Below, piece after piece: positions 47,143-58,912 of a stretch of DNA of 64,000 bases. The number at the start of each line of letters is the position of its first letter. Position 1 is the first letter of the stretch. The stretch lies in the NCBI GenBank assembly GCA_963803805.1, contig CAWDOD010000010.1, forward strand, positions 384,001-448,000, in the 5' to 3' direction. A program made the position numbers and the translations under genes. This stretch comes from an uncultured cyanobacterium (GTDB lineage Bacteria; Cyanobacteriota; Cyanobacteriia; Cyanobacteriales; CAWCAG01). Under the pieces are notes generated by a model that was not told where the DNA came from, ran no database searches, and saw nothing but the letters and a program-made list of their open reading frames with translations.

Positions 47143-47967
47143 ATGGAATTTCTAACTATCTTCCTCTCCAGCTTACTAGCTGCGGTTTCCCCCACAGGCT
47201 TAGTTTTAGATACGGTAGTAGAGAATCAGATTAGTTCTCGACTTGCAGAGGTAGAACAACTAGAAGTTCGCATTGATAACGCCCCTAGTTACCAAATCCT
47301 TCAAGGCAAAGTAGAAAAGGTACGCTTTGCTGGTAGAGGTTTATATGTAACCCCTGAGTTACGTATCAATGCCCTAGAATTAGAAACTGACCCCATCAGC
47401 CTTGATATTCAAGGTATAAGGCAAGGAAATTTATCTCAACTGCGTCAATCTCTGCGCCAACCTTTACAAGGAGGATTGCGTTTAGAGTTATCCCAAGCAG
47501 ATTTGAACCAAGCTTTACAATCTCCTGCTATCAAAGCCCGTATGCAAGCTGTTATTGTACGTTTGTTGAGTAGTTTTACAGGCTCTTCTAGTGAAGATTA
47601 CGAATTAATTAACCCTCGTATCGACTTCTTGGGCAACAATAAATTCCGCTTACAAATGGAGTTACGTCGTAATAATCCTGATGACTCTGGAAATAGCCAG
47701 CTTAACTTAAGTGTAGAATCTCAACTCTCTGTTTCTCAAGGCTATAAAATTGAGTTAGTTGAACCAACTGTAACCCTTAATGATAATCCCATACCCAGTT
47801 TTTTACTTCAGGGATTTACCGCCGGACTAAACAACCGCTTAAACTTACAAGAATTAGAACAGGCTGGGATTTTAGCAAGGGTCTTACAATTAGAAATAGA
47901 TGAAGAGGTAATGAATTTAGCCGCTTTTGTCCGTCTTGAACCTCTGCTAGCTAATTCTCTACCATAA
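47143..47967 (+). CDS. DUF2993 (LmeA-like) protein
   Basis: VRIDNAPSYQILQGKV, ELETDPI, ADLNQAL pattern. Confidence 0.7.
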   Translation: MEFLTIFLSSLLAAVSPTGLVLDTVVENQISSRLAEVEQLEVRIDNAPSYQILQGKVEKVRFAGRGLYVTPELRINALELETDPISLDIQGIRQGNLSQLRQSLRQPLQGGLRLELSQADLNQALQSPAIKARMQAVIVRLLSSFTGSSSEDYELINPRIDFLGNNKFRLQMELRRNNPDDSGNSQLNLSVESQLSVSQGYKIELVEPTVTLNDNPIPSFLLQGFTAGLNNRLNLQELEQAGILARVLQLEIDEEVMNLAAFVRLEPLLANSLP

Positions 47968-48071
47968 AATGAATAACGGGTGAACTTTTACTTTAAAAAA
48001 CTATAATTCACTTAACAATTGGTCTATAGTTATTTTTAAGCAAATACACTTATAAACTCAGGAGTAAAATC

Positions 48072-48707
48072 GTGGAAGAGCAAGAAAAGAGTCGTCAGTT
48101 TTCCTTCAGTACTATTGCGGGTATTTCCGCGGCAAGTCTCATTGCCGTAGGTTCGGTTACAGGTTTACTGGCTTGGCATATACTGACTTCTTCTACGGAT
48201 TTATCTTCATCAAGAAGTGAATATTCCCCTAGTTCTTCCCAAACAAGAAAACCCTCAAGCAATAAAATTCAACAAAAAGAAGCCCAGGTGTTTTGGATTG
48301 ATGCTTCTGGTAATAACATTGAGCTTGTCCCTAGCCCCATTGCTATTGAACAAGAGAAGTCCAATCAACCTGAAGCCGTCCTCGATAGTGCCTTTAAGCG
48401 TTTATTAGCTGGTTCTCCAGGAGAAGAATTAGCAACCAGCATACCAGAAGGAACAAAGCTTAATAATATTAATATTAAAGAAGATGGCATCCATATTGAT
48501 TTATCCAAAGAATTTACTACCGGAGGCGGTAGTGCTTCTATGATGGGTCGTGTAGCTCAAATCTTGCATACTGCAACTAGTTTAGACTCTCAAGCCCCTG
48601 TTTGGATTGAAGTCGAAGGAGAGCAGTTAGAAACTTTAGGAGGAGAAGGACTCCTACTAGAACAGCCTCTTACTCGTGCTAGTTTTAGAGAAGACTTTGA
48701 GCTTTAA
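48072..48707 (+). CDS. GerMN domain protein
   Basis: TSIPEGTKL, IDLSKEF..GGGSASM, LGGEGL. Confidence 0.85.
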   Translation: MEEQEKSRQFSFSTIAGISAASLIAVGSVTGLLAWHILTSSTDLSSSRSEYSPSSSQTRKPSSNKIQQKEAQVFWIDASGNNIELVPSPIAIEQEKSNQPEAVLDSAFKRLLAGSPGEELATSIPEGTKLNNINIKEDGIHIDLSKEFTTGGGSASMMGRVAQILHTATSLDSQAPVWIEVEGEQLETLGGEGLLLEQPLTRASFREDFEL

Positions 48708-49083
48708 GTTCATAAACCGAAGAAGAGATTTCACAGCGATTGCTAATCAATTGCCATAAAAATCCATCACCTGCACTAAATCTAATTGAGGACTAGCTTG
48801 GGCAATAAAAGCTTGGTGTTTTTCATGGGGAGCATAAACTTCTAAATCAGATAGTTGTGATCATAATTTTTGAAGTGTGCTTCCCTATCTTCAAGAGCTT
48901 TAAGCCCTAGAACAACTTCTAAGACACCAAGGTGGGCTGGTAATCAGGTTCGGTAATGGATTACGACATGAGCAAAAGTAATATGTAGCTTCCAGCAATG
49001 CTACGCAAATCTATCAATCGTCATCATAACCTGACATCAACGACCAAATTAGGGACAATAGAAACAGTTTTTGATTCTCAGGA

Positions 49084-50004
49084 GTGAACGTGAAATTATT
49101 TGCTGTTAAAAGTCTGGTTTTTTTCTTCAGTATAACTGGAACAACTTTGCTTACTGTACCTGTTCTGGCTCAAACTGAGGAAGCTGGATTAGAGGAGAAG
49201 GTTAATCTTGAGTTGCAATGGTTTGATAGTACCCAGAAACTAGAAGCAGCGGTTCCTCCTCTGGTTTCAACCAGTGCAGAAAACTCTGTTGAAGAGCAAG
49301 CATTTACTGCTACACAAGAGGATTTACTACCTCAAACCTTAGCAGAAAATTCCCTTAAGTCTGTTGAAAAGCAAGCAGAAATTATCTTAGAAGAAGATTT
49401 ACCTGAAGTTGTAGCCAATCAACCTGTAGAATCTCAAGAATGGCGACAACCCATAACCAACTCAGCAGCCCTGCAACCTCTACCAAAAGAAGCCGATAAC
49501 TTCAATCTTGAATCTAGCTTTGAGTCAGATATTCCCCTGTTAGCACAAACAGATATTGAATTAGGGCGCTTAACCCGTTCTAGCTTCAGTTATATTGGCG
49601 TTGGGGGCAACATTGGTTTAACTGGGGATACAGGGGTTGGTGAAGGAGCTTTTGTTGTTAATGCAAAAATAGCCCTTTCTCGCAGTTTATCTCTACGTCC
49701 TGCGGCTCACTTTAGTGATAATACAGCCTTCTTAGCTTCTTTAACCTACGACTTCAACCTTCCTGGGCGAGATCCTTTTGAGCCAGTGCAGTTTTTTCCC
49801 TTTGTGGGAGGAGGAATCATCCTCAATACCGAAGACGATAGCGCCAATAGTGACAGTAGCGATGTCGGCTTTTTGTTAACTGGAGGAGTAGATTACCCCC
49901 TCTCAAGAGATTTTACGGCCAACGCAACTCTAAATATTGGTTTTCTTGATGAGACAGAAGTAGGTATTGTCTTGGGGGTTGGTTATACTTTTAGTAGTTT
50001 TTAG
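49084..50004 (+). CDS. Secreted protein with C-terminal outer-membrane beta-barrel
   Basis: Signal peptide, acidic linker, SYIGVGGNIG, PFVGGG, GVGYTF. Confidence 0.75.
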   Translation: MNVKLFAVKSLVFFFSITGTTLLTVPVLAQTEEAGLEEKVNLELQWFDSTQKLEAAVPPLVSTSAENSVEEQAFTATQEDLLPQTLAENSLKSVEKQAEIILEEDLPEVVANQPVESQEWRQPITNSAALQPLPKEADNFNLESSFESDIPLLAQTDIELGRLTRSSFSYIGVGGNIGLTGDTGVGEGAFVVNAKIALSRSLSLRPAAHFSDNTAFLASLTYDFNLPGRDPFEPVQFFPFVGGGIILNTEDDSANSDSSDVGFLLTGGVDYPLSRDFTANATLNIGFLDETEVGIVLGVGYTFSSF

Positions 50005-50024
50005 CTAATAGCTATTTGAAGTTA

Positions 50025-50906
50025 TTAGACCAATGGACTAAATTCCATTACCTTTTCATAACTTAAAACTGTATTTTGTAATAACATTGCTACCGTCATC
50101 GGCCCCACTCCGCCGGGGACGGGAGTAATGTAACCAGCAACCTCTGCTACGGAGTCGAAATCTACATCTCCTACTAAGCGGGATTGGCCGGTTTTTTCAT
50201 TGACAATCCGGTTAATCCCCACATCAATAACTGTAGCTCCTGGTTTAACCATGTCCGCAGTAATCATGCCAGGGGAACCTACCGCCGCAACTAAAATATC
50301 TGCACGACAAGTTAAATCAATTAAATCTTGCGATCGCGAGTGAGCAATAGTCACAGTGGCATTTTCTGCTAATAACATCAGGGATAAGGGTTTGCCTACT
50401 AAAATGCTTCGTCCCACCACCACCGCTTGTTTGCCGCTCAAATCAATTTTATACTCTTTGCACAACTCCATCACCCCAGCAGGAGTACAACTGCGCAAAC
50501 CAGGTTCTCCTCGCAACAAACGCCCTAAATTAACTGGATGCAAGCCATCAGCATCTTTATCAGGATCAATCTGTTGTAGAAGACTCACCCCATCTAAGCC
50601 TTCGGGTAAGGGAAGTTGAACGAGGATACCATCTACTTGCTGATTTTCATTAAGTTCGGCGATAACTTCCTGGAGTTCTTGTTGAGTTGTATTTTTAGGA
50701 AAGTGCTTACCCATTGAGGCGATGCCAACCTTTTGACAAGCTTTCTCTTTATTGCGAACATAGGCTGCACTTGCAGGATTGTCTCCTACCATCACTACCG
50801 CTAGTCCTGGAGGACGACCAACTTTTGCTTTTAGGATAGCAACCTTTTCCTTAAGTTGTACCTGAATCTTTTGAGCTAACGCTTTACCATCTAAAAGCTG
50901 AGTCAT
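50025..50906 (-). CDS. folD: Methylenetetrahydrofolate dehydrogenase/cyclohydrolase
   Basis: [39 protein letters not shown]. Confidence 0.97.
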   Translation of the reverse strand: MTQLLDGKALAQKIQVQLKEKVAILKAKVGRPPGLAVVMVGDNPASAAYVRNKEKACQKVGIASMGKHFPKNTTQQELQEVIAELNENQQVDGILVQLPLPEGLDGVSLLQQIDPDKDADGLHPVNLGRLLRGEPGLRSCTPAGVMELCKEYKIDLSGKQAVVVGRSILVGKPLSLMLLAENATVTIAHSRSQDLIDLTCRADILVAAVGSPGMITADMVKPGATVIDVGINRIVNEKTGQSRLVGDVDFDSVAEVAGYITPVPGGVGPMTVAMLLQNTVLSYEKVMEFSPLV

Positions 50907-50990
50907 GGTTAATCAGTCCTAACTTTCGTTGCTTAGTGCTATAACAAATTAAATAATTTAATCTACGACAACGGCAAAGCCGTACAAATA

Positions 50991-51413
50991 TTGAACGTAC
51001 TTCAGCAGTCGAGTAAACCAATGATACAAAAATATAAAAGTGGTTTAATTACACTGCAATTACTTAGTTTACTTGGCTGTAGTCAGTGGCAGCGTTCCCA
51101 GGTAACTTTTCCTGTAGAAAAGAAACTTACCTTGACTCCCATTCAAAAACTAGAACAGCAGAATCTAGATTCTACAGTTTATATTAAGGGGCAAGTAAAA
51201 GAAAAAATTCCTTTGCTAGATGAAGGAGCCTATGCCCTAAGTGATTCTACAGGAACAATTTGGGTGAAAAGTGAGCAACATCTTCCTAAACCAGGAGATG
51301 TGGTTTTGATTAAAGGGCAAATTCAATATAAATCTATCCTGGTGGGTGAGCAAGAGTTGGGAGAAAGATATGTAGGGGAAATAGAACAGTTAGGGAAGCA
51401 AACGAATAAATAG
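50991..51413 (+). CDS. Putative lipoprotein with OB-fold
   Basis: Lipobox LLGC; VYIKGQV...YALSDSTGTIWV...GDVVLIKG. Confidence 0.65.
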   Translation: MNVLQQSSKPMIQKYKSGLITLQLLSLLGCSQWQRSQVTFPVEKKLTLTPIQKLEQQNLDSTVYIKGQVKEKIPLLDEGAYALSDSTGTIWVKSEQHLPKPGDVVLIKGQIQYKSILVGEQELGERYVGEIEQLGKQTNK

Positions 51414-51424
51414 TACAGTACAAA

Positions 51425-51871
51425 ATGAATGAACCAGCAGTTTCTATCGCCGTTGCTATCCTTTATTGTGAAGGGAAATTCCTGATGCAATTGCGAGACA
51501 ATATTCCTGGCATTCGCTATCCAGGACATTGGGGTTTTTTTGGTGGCCATTTGGAAACTGGAGAAACCCCATTAGAGGGAGTCAAAAGAGAATTACTTGA
51601 AGAAATTAGTTATACTCCTCCTTCCCTGAGCTTGTTCGACCGCCGTATTGAAGTTGAGGTGATTAGATATATCTACCATGCTCCTTTAACAGTTGGCAAA
51701 GAACAATTAGTTCTTGGTGAAGGTTGGGATTTTGATTTTTTAACAATTGAGGATATTCACCGGGGGAATTGCTATTCTAAAAAAGCGGATCAAGTACTTC
51801 CCCTCGGTCTTCCTCATCAGAAAATTCTGCTCAATTTTATTGAGAGTGCCAATTTATTCAGGGAAAGTTAA
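51425..51871 (+). CDS. NUDIX hydrolase
   Basis: GGHLETGETPLEGVKRELLEEI Nudix box; QLRD. Confidence 0.92.
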   Translation: MNEPAVSIAVAILYCEGKFLMQLRDNIPGIRYPGHWGFFGGHLETGETPLEGVKRELLEEISYTPPSLSLFDRRIEVEVIRYIYHAPLTVGKEQLVLGEGWDFDFLTIEDIHRGNCYSKKADQVLPLGLPHQKILLNFIESANLFRES

Positions 51872-52163
51872 TCTACCTAAGCTCGTAAAATCAAGAGCTT
51901 AATTGAAGCGCACAGACTGAGTAAACAGTGCAGTATCTTTGATTACCAATGTTAATAAAAAAACCTAACTTAAAGCCATGCAGCTAGAACCAACAGACAA
52001 TGAGAAAATTGGCACAAAAATATATCTAAATTTCTCACTTATTTAGTATTTTATTGATTAGACTAAAGATGGCTACCACTGCGATACCGAAGGTTGTAGC
52101 TCCCTCCCTAAGTCTAGGAAGATCGAAGATTATTCTCCTGTCTAACACGAAAATCACTTTTTT

Positions 52164-53489
52164 TTGAGCCAGCTAATGAACCAAGCCAACAAAAATTTCC
52201 CTGTGCTTCATCGTCTCTTGTTTGGAGGAGCGATTGCAACGTCTTTAGTTACTAGTTCTCTAGTGATTCCCGGCTTCATTCCTTCTGTGAGGGCAGCCTT
52301 GGATGATAGTCCGAAAACAGTGGTTGATGAAGTCTGGCAAATTGTGAATCGAGAGTTTGTAGATAGAAGTTTTAATCAACTTGATTGGCAAGTGGTTAGG
52401 CAGGAACTTCTCAGTAAAGAATATGATTCCACTGAAGAGGCTTATGAGGCAATTCGCCAGGCTTTGAAGCAGCTTAATGATCCCTACACTCGCTTTCTCG
52501 ATCCCCAAGATTTTCAGAACCTTACAGATCAAACTTCTGGAGAACTTTCTGGTCTAGGTATTCATCTAGAAATCAATGAAAAAACCCAAGTTCTTACAGT
52601 AGTAGATCCTATACCTAACTCCCCAGCTAGCGAAGCAGGGATTCAAACCGGGGATCAAATTCTAGCTATTGATGGTAAACCTACCTCTCTGCTCAGTTTA
52701 GAACAGTCGTCAGCACTAATTCGTGGTGAAGTCGGCTCAGAAATCACCTTGAAGATAAATAGAGCAGGGCAGGGAGAATTTGTACTAACCTTAGCCCGCG
52801 CTCAAATTGAATTACCTGCTGTTTCCTACAGCCTTAACCAAGAAGATAGCATTAAAGTCGGTTATATTAACCTTACAGAATTTAGTTCCCACGCTGCCGA
52901 ACAAATGAAGGTGGCGATTCAAGATTTAAGTAAAGAGCAAGTAGATGGCTTCGTTCTGGATTTGCGGGGGAATCCTGGGGGATTATTGTTTGCTAGTGTA
53001 GATATTGCTCGGATGTGGGTAGATACGGGTAACATTGTTCGTACAGTAGATACCCGCACTGGCAATCGAGAATTTGCTGCTAACAACACAGCTTTGACTA
53101 ACTTACCTTTAGTGGTTTTAGTAGATGAAAATTCTGCTAGCGCCAGCGAGATTTTAGCAGGAGCATTGAAAGATAACAAACGGGCTACGGTAGTAGGAAA
53201 CCGTACTTTTGGTAAGGGAACCGTACAATCGGTACATTCTCTATCTGATGGTTCTGGCTTAGCTGTAACTATCTCTCAATATTATCCTCCTAGCGGTGTG
53301 GATATTAATAAAAAAGGTATTGCTCCAGATATTCAACAAAGTTTGACAAAGCTGCAACAGCGACGTTTAACTGGCAATCCTTCCTTGCTAGGAACTAATG
53401 ATGATCCCCAGTATGTGAGGGCCATTAGTGTCTTAAACCGCTTAAGTCAGACTCAATTACCTAGCGAACCCATTAGCGTTGCCCAGTAA
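52164..53489 (+). CDS. C-terminal processing protease (S41A, Ctp family)
   Basis: DPYTRF, PDZ domain, LDLRGNPGG, SASASE, FGKGTVQ. Confidence 0.93.
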   Translation: MSQLMNQANKNFPVLHRLLFGGAIATSLVTSSLVIPGFIPSVRAALDDSPKTVVDEVWQIVNREFVDRSFNQLDWQVVRQELLSKEYDSTEEAYEAIRQALKQLNDPYTRFLDPQDFQNLTDQTSGELSGLGIHLEINEKTQVLTVVDPIPNSPASEAGIQTGDQILAIDGKPTSLLSLEQSSALIRGEVGSEITLKINRAGQGEFVLTLARAQIELPAVSYSLNQEDSIKVGYINLTEFSSHAAEQMKVAIQDLSKEQVDGFVLDLRGNPGGLLFASVDIARMWVDTGNIVRTVDTRTGNREFAANNTALTNLPLVVLVDENSASASEILAGALKDNKRATVVGNRTFGKGTVQSVHSLSDGSGLAVTISQYYPPSGVDINKKGIAPDIQQSLTKLQQRRLTGNPSLLGTNDDPQYVRAISVLNRLSQTQLPSEPISVAQ

Positions 53490-53511
53490 TAATAATTTAA
53501 TTTTTGCAGCG

Positions 53512-53559
53512 ATCGCCTTAATGAGCCTCAACTTAAAAAGGAAATCTCATTAAGGCGAT
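53512..53559. terminator. 14-bp perfect stem-loop downstream of the Ctp protease gene
   Basis: ATCGCCTTAATGAG ... CTCATTAAGGCGAT. Confidence 0.65.
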
Positions 53560-53727
53560 TTAATCTGTAGAGGGAGCTAAAAAACCTTTAGCCCAGAATC
53601 AACAAGAGTTTTAGACCTCAACTCACTAGGTAATAAATCAGGTTTACCAAGAAAATTTAACTTCTAACCATTCCTAATATTAGAATAAGGTGAATAAGTG
53701 TAAAGAAAAGTTTCCATAACTTTTCAA

Positions 53728-54564
53728 TTGTCCACCTTCAAAGATGTTTTTAAGCGCAAAATGCAACATCGTCTTATTCAAAAAACTTTAATATTCCTAG
53801 TTGCCTGTCTCTTGAGTTTATCTACTTGGGCGATCGCACCTGTAGCTTGGGCTTTTGATAATCCTGATTTATTGCCTGAAGTTGAAACACCGATCATTGA
53901 TTTAGCCAACTTCCTCCCTTCTCTGCAAGAAGAATCCCTAATAACAAATTTAGAAAGCTTTGAAGAAAATACAGGCTGGAAACTCAGAGTACTAACCCAG
54001 TATGATCGTACCCCTGGTAGGGCAGTCAAAAAGTTTTGGGGACTAGATGATCGCAGTATTCTCCTGGTTGCTGATGCTAGGGGGGGCAACCTTTTAGCTT
54101 TTAATGTTGGCGATGATATTTATCCTCTGCTTCCTCGTACTTTTTGGGTAGAACTGCAAACTCGCTACGGCAACCTTTATTATGTACGGGATGAAGGGGA
54201 AAATAACTCGATTGTCCAAGCCCTTTACACTGTAGAAGAATGCCTCAAAAACGGCGGTTGTAATGTCGTACCAGGATTACCGAAAGAACAGTGGATTCTG
54301 ACTTTAATTAGTTCTGTAGTTGGGGGATTTATTTTTGGACTGGCAGCAGTCCCCCGTAAAGAAGGTCAAATCTTTGCTTGGCAGTGGGCCTTAATTTTTT
54401 CACCTTTGTGGGGCATACTATTCATTGCTTTTGGTATCGGACCAGTTGTAACCAGAACTTCTGAGTGGTTACCCTTATTCAGAAATGTTATTGGTTTTGT
54501 TTTAGGTGCTTTAGTCGCTTACTTATCTCCTATGATCGCTCAATCAAATGCTTCAGAGACTTAA
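53728..54564 (+). CDS. TPM-domain membrane protein
   Basis: TGWKLRVLTQ, FWVELQTRYGN, C...C.VVPGLP.EQW; three C-terminal TM helices. Confidence 0.8.
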   Translation: MSTFKDVFKRKMQHRLIQKTLIFLVACLLSLSTWAIAPVAWAFDNPDLLPEVETPIIDLANFLPSLQEESLITNLESFEENTGWKLRVLTQYDRTPGRAVKKFWGLDDRSILLVADARGGNLLAFNVGDDIYPLLPRTFWVELQTRYGNLYYVRDEGENNSIVQALYTVEECLKNGGCNVVPGLPKEQWILTLISSVVGGFIFGLAAVPRKEGQIFAWQWALIFSPLWGILFIAFGIGPVVTRTSEWLPLFRNVIGFVLGALVAYLSPMIAQSNASET

Positions 54565-54656
54565 AAGTATAGAGAGCAAATAATTCGAGGGTGTTCTATG
54601 ATACATTTGAGCTTTCTAAGCAAAAGATACTTTAAGCTGATGGGAAACTAAGCATC

Positions 54657-55277
54657 ATGGAATGGCATACAACCGATGCCCAAAGTCTATCTATTATTGA
54701 CCGAGAAGTTGGTGAACATATTTTTTCTCCTGCGGAGTATGAAATTGTTCGTCGCGTCATTTATGAAACAGCAGACTTTGAGTATAAAAGTTTAGTACGC
54801 TTTTCGGAACGTGCGCTTCAAGCTGGGGCAGCAGCTTTGGCTGCTCGTACTACCATTGTGGTAGATGTACCTATGGTACAGGTGGGTATTACCTATCATA
54901 TTCAAAACACCTTCGCCAACCCTGTTTATTGCGCTATGGAAACCTTAACTAGGCCGCAAAAAGAAAAGACTCAAGCGGCTTGGGGCATTCAAACTTTAGC
55001 AAGGCGCTATCCCGAAGGTATTTTTGTGGTTGGACAAGCTCAAACTTCCCTCACGGCTCTAGTAGAATTGATTGAAGCAGAGGAAATACGCCCAGCTTTG
55101 GTGATTGGTACTCCTTCTGGCTTTGTGGGGGTAGATAGGGCCAAGTCTAAGTTGAAAGATACCTTAACTCCTCATATTCGTATTAAAGGGCGTAAGGGTA
55201 GCTCTGTGGTGGCGGCTGCAATTGTTAATGGCTTGGTGGATTTAGCTTGGGAAGCTTATGGTAAGGAGGAAGGCTAA
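54657..55277 (+). CDS. cobH: Precorrin-8X methylmutase CobH/CbiC family
   Basis: SLSIIDRE, VRRVIY.TADF, VIGTPSGFV, GRKGSS. Confidence 0.8.
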   Translation: MEWHTTDAQSLSIIDREVGEHIFSPAEYEIVRRVIYETADFEYKSLVRFSERALQAGAAALAARTTIVVDVPMVQVGITYHIQNTFANPVYCAMETLTRPQKEKTQAAWGIQTLARRYPEGIFVVGQAQTSLTALVELIEAEEIRPALVIGTPSGFVGVDRAKSKLKDTLTPHIRIKGRKGSSVVAAAIVNGLVDLAWEAYGKEEG

Positions 55278-55307
55278 GAAGTAGGGAGTAGAATTGAAGA
55301 GTTAGGC

Positions 55308-56093
55308 TTAAAGCAGGACTTGTAAGAGAAAAGAAAGAACTCCTCCTAAAAATCTGCCTACACCACCTCCAGATCCCCCAGAGTTACGATTCTCGGCAGC
55401 TTGGCGGGCTTCTTCTATACTAACTAGGAATTGATCAGAAGTTTCTTTGCCCTTAACATTACCTTGTTTTTCAAACAAAGTACTAGCTATGGTGGCATTT
55501 TTAATCGCTTCTTCTTCATCGCGGAGGCGATATAAAGTCCAAGCACTTCCTAAATAAGCTGCGGCTAATTCTGGATCTAAAGCAAGAGCTTTATTGTAAT
55601 GTTCTAGGGCAGCAGCATAGTTTTGCCGATTAGCTTCCATAACCCCCCAAACATTAAATTGTTCGGCACTAGCAGCATCTAAAGGAATACCAATAGTTCC
55701 TTGAATATAAGCTGAGGCTAAACTAGTATCTTCGAGTTTGGCATCAAACAAGTAAGCATCTCTTAAGTCTGTACCATTAAGAATCGCCCCCCGAAGATCG
55801 GCCCCGGTTAAGTTAGCGCCGTTAAGGGAAGTACCCGTTAAGTTAGCACCCCTTAAATCTGCACCGCTTAAATCTGCCCTACTGAGGTTAGCGCGAGTTA
55901 AATTTGTTTGGGTTAGTTGAGCATTAGAAAGTCTAGCTAAAACTAAACCCGCCCCAGTTAAATCACACTGAACACATTGCTTTGTATTTAATAATTGACT
56001 TAGTTGAGTTAGATTCTCTGCCTTGGCAGGAGTTGCTAAACTAATTGTGGTTAAAAGTACAGCAGCAGTTACAATTTGAGGTTTCATAATCAA
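55308..56093 (-). CDS. Pentapeptide-repeat + TPR protein with signal peptide
   Basis: CVQCDL followed by A(D/N)Lxx repeats; TPR-like AALEHYNKALALDP. Confidence 0.88.
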   Translation of the reverse strand: MIMKPQIVTAAVLLTTISLATPAKAENLTQLSQLLNTKQCVQCDLTGAGLVLARLSNAQLTQTNLTRANLSRADLSGADLRGANLTGTSLNGANLTGADLRGAILNGTDLRDAYLFDAKLEDTSLASAYIQGTIGIPLDAASAEQFNVWGVMEANRQNYAAALEHYNKALALDPELAAAYLGSAWTLYRLRDEEEAIKNATIASTLFEKQGNVKGKETSDQFLVSIEEARQAAENRNSGGSGGGVGRFLGGVLSFLLQVLL

Positions 56094-56234
56094 GTTACTT
56101 GAGCTTAGATAAAAGCTTTTTTAGGCAGCATTTATGTTCCAGGATAGCTTTGCTTTTCTCTCTTAGCCTAAGAAGTTATTTATTTGTTAAGCTGATGGGC
56201 ATTCTTAACAAGCATTTTTTATACCTGATAGCTT

Positions 56235-56534
56235 ATGCACGCTCTTTCTATTCCTACCTGGGTTATCCATGTTTCTAGCGTTTTTGAGTGGATAGCGGCG
56301 ATTTGGTTTATTTGGCGCTATGGTGAGGTAACGAATAATAAAGCTTGGTATGGGCTTTCTTTTGCGATGTTACCTGCTTTGGTTAGCGCCATGTGTGCCT
56401 GTACTTGGCACTTCTTTGATAATCCAGTTTCTTTAGAGTGGTTAGTTACTGTCCAAGCTTCTATGACTGTGTTAGGGAATTGCACTCTCTGCGTTGCAGG
56501 TTGGTGGATTTATAGAGAACAGGCAATAGAATAG
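56235..56534 (+). CDS. DUF2499 (Ycf49-like) membrane protein
   Basis: MHALSIPTWVIHVSSV.EW, AMCACTWHFFDN. Confidence 0.85.
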   Translation: MHALSIPTWVIHVSSVFEWIAAIWFIWRYGEVTNNKAWYGLSFAMLPALVSAMCACTWHFFDNPVSLEWLVTVQASMTVLGNCTLCVAGWWIYREQAIE

Positions 56535-56589
56535 TATTTTACTTGCCACCTCCGTTACTGCTCCCCGCTCCCTACTCCCTTCTTCCTCA

Positions 56590-56898
56590 ATGATTTCTAA
56601 AGATACTTTATTTGCTCTTTCCCTGTTTCCTTACTTAGGATTTTTGTGGTTTATTACTCGTTCTGGAAAAGCACCGCGTTTGGCTTTAATTGGGTTTTAT
56701 GTCCTGCTAGTTTTTGTGGCTGTTACTATTCCAGCAGGAATTTATGCTCAAGTGAACTACCACAAATCTTTAGCCAATGTAGACTGGCTTCATGGCAGTG
56801 CAGAAGCTTTTTTAACCCTTTCCAACATTTTAGTCGTGCTTGGTTTTCGCAAAGCGATTATTGAACACCAAAAAGATTCAGCAGAAGCTGAAAGTTAG
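56590..56898 (+). CDS. DUF3593 membrane protein
   Basis: LFALSLFPYLGFL, LANVDWLHGSAEAFLTLSN; usually paired with DUF2499. Confidence 0.85.
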   Translation: MISKDTLFALSLFPYLGFLWFITRSGKAPRLALIGFYVLLVFVAVTIPAGIYAQVNYHKSLANVDWLHGSAEAFLTLSNILVVLGFRKAIIEHQKDSAEAES

Positions 56899-56934
56899 CA
56901 AGCAATAGGCAGCAGTTTTGCCTAGTCTCCCCAT

Positions 56935-57918
<984 letters not shown>

Positions 57919-58118
57919 TTATCAGTTCTTACTTTCGGTTTATCATACCAAGCTAAGTTTGATTGAGTTTCTTTTTGTTACTTAATTCTATATGTCAATT
58001 TGTTAAATTTCCTTGGCAAAAAACCTTTTTTACTCCTTGAGATGATATTATGTATGTGGTTAGAAATGTGCGTTCTTAAAAATAGGTTTTAAACAAGTTT
58101 TAAAAGTGCGATCGCCGC

Positions 58119-58165
58119 AAAAAAAATGAATTAGGCGCTCACCACAGTGAAATAAACCTAATTCA
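58119..58165 (-). terminator. Putative terminator of the 58195-58566 gene
   Basis: TGAATTAGG...CCTAATTCA stem followed by T8 on the minus strand. Confidence 0.6.
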
Positions 58166-58194
58166 AAAACTCATACAACCGAAGCACTAGTCAA

Positions 58195-58566
58195 TTAATC
58201 AATAGCGTCTTTAGCATTCTCAACAGTTTCTTCTACTTTTTCTTTCGCTGTTTCTGCTGCTTCTTCAACACCTTCAGAACGTTGGTCAATAATTAGCTTT
58301 GTAGTTTCGGGGATATTTTCTGGTAACTCACGGATATTCTCTAAACCCGTGTCACCAATATCATCACCACCAAAATCTTCCGCTTTTTGTTGAATTCTTT
58401 TGACAGTAGCAGCATCTACTTGTTCAGTGTTGTCATTATCCAAGAATGGCAAAGCTTGTGCTGGTTGACTAAATGCAGCTACAGTAAAAAATGCTAATGT
58501 TGCCACAAAAAAGGCAGCTATTTGGCGTAGGCGTAAACTCCTAACCTGAGAAATGAATTTTCTCAT
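58195..58566 (-). CDS. Hypothetical exported protein
   Basis: Signal-like N-terminus (PAQA) and acidic helical C-terminus. Confidence 0.7.
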   Translation of the reverse strand: MRKFISQVRSLRLRQIAAFFVATLAFFTVAAFSQPAQALPFLDNDNTEQVDAATVKRIQQKAEDFGGDDIGDTGLENIRELPENIPETTKLIIDQRSEGVEEAAETAKEKVEETVENAKDAID

Positions 58567-58700
58567 ATATAGATTTAAGACTCCGTTACTTATGACTTCA
58601 TTTGAAATATTAAGAAATCTTGCCTTAACTAATCGTCTTTCCTGAGAAGGTTTTTTGCTTAACTAAACTCTGCCTTTCGTCGTAGGTTTACCCTGCTTCT

Positions 58701-58889
58701 TCAGCTTTCACAATCTGTATCAATTTCAATATCAAGGGTATCTTCATCAATACGGATATAGAGGATGTTGGGGCGACAACAAACTTGACAATCTTCTGTA
58801 TAGGATTGTTGCAAACCAGCACTAATATCTATAAAAGTTGTACTCGGTTCGCCACAAAAGGCACAATAATATTCAGCCGTATTTTGCAT
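58701..58889 (-). CDS. CPXCG-motif cysteine-rich (zinc ribbon) protein
   Basis: CAFCGE ... EDCQVCCRP. Confidence 0.85.
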   Translation of the reverse strand: MQNTAEYYCAFCGEPSTTFIDISAGLQQSYTEDCQVCCRPNILYIRIDEDTLDIEIDTDCES

Positions 58890-58912
58890 AGGGATTAATA
58901 AATAATCAATTG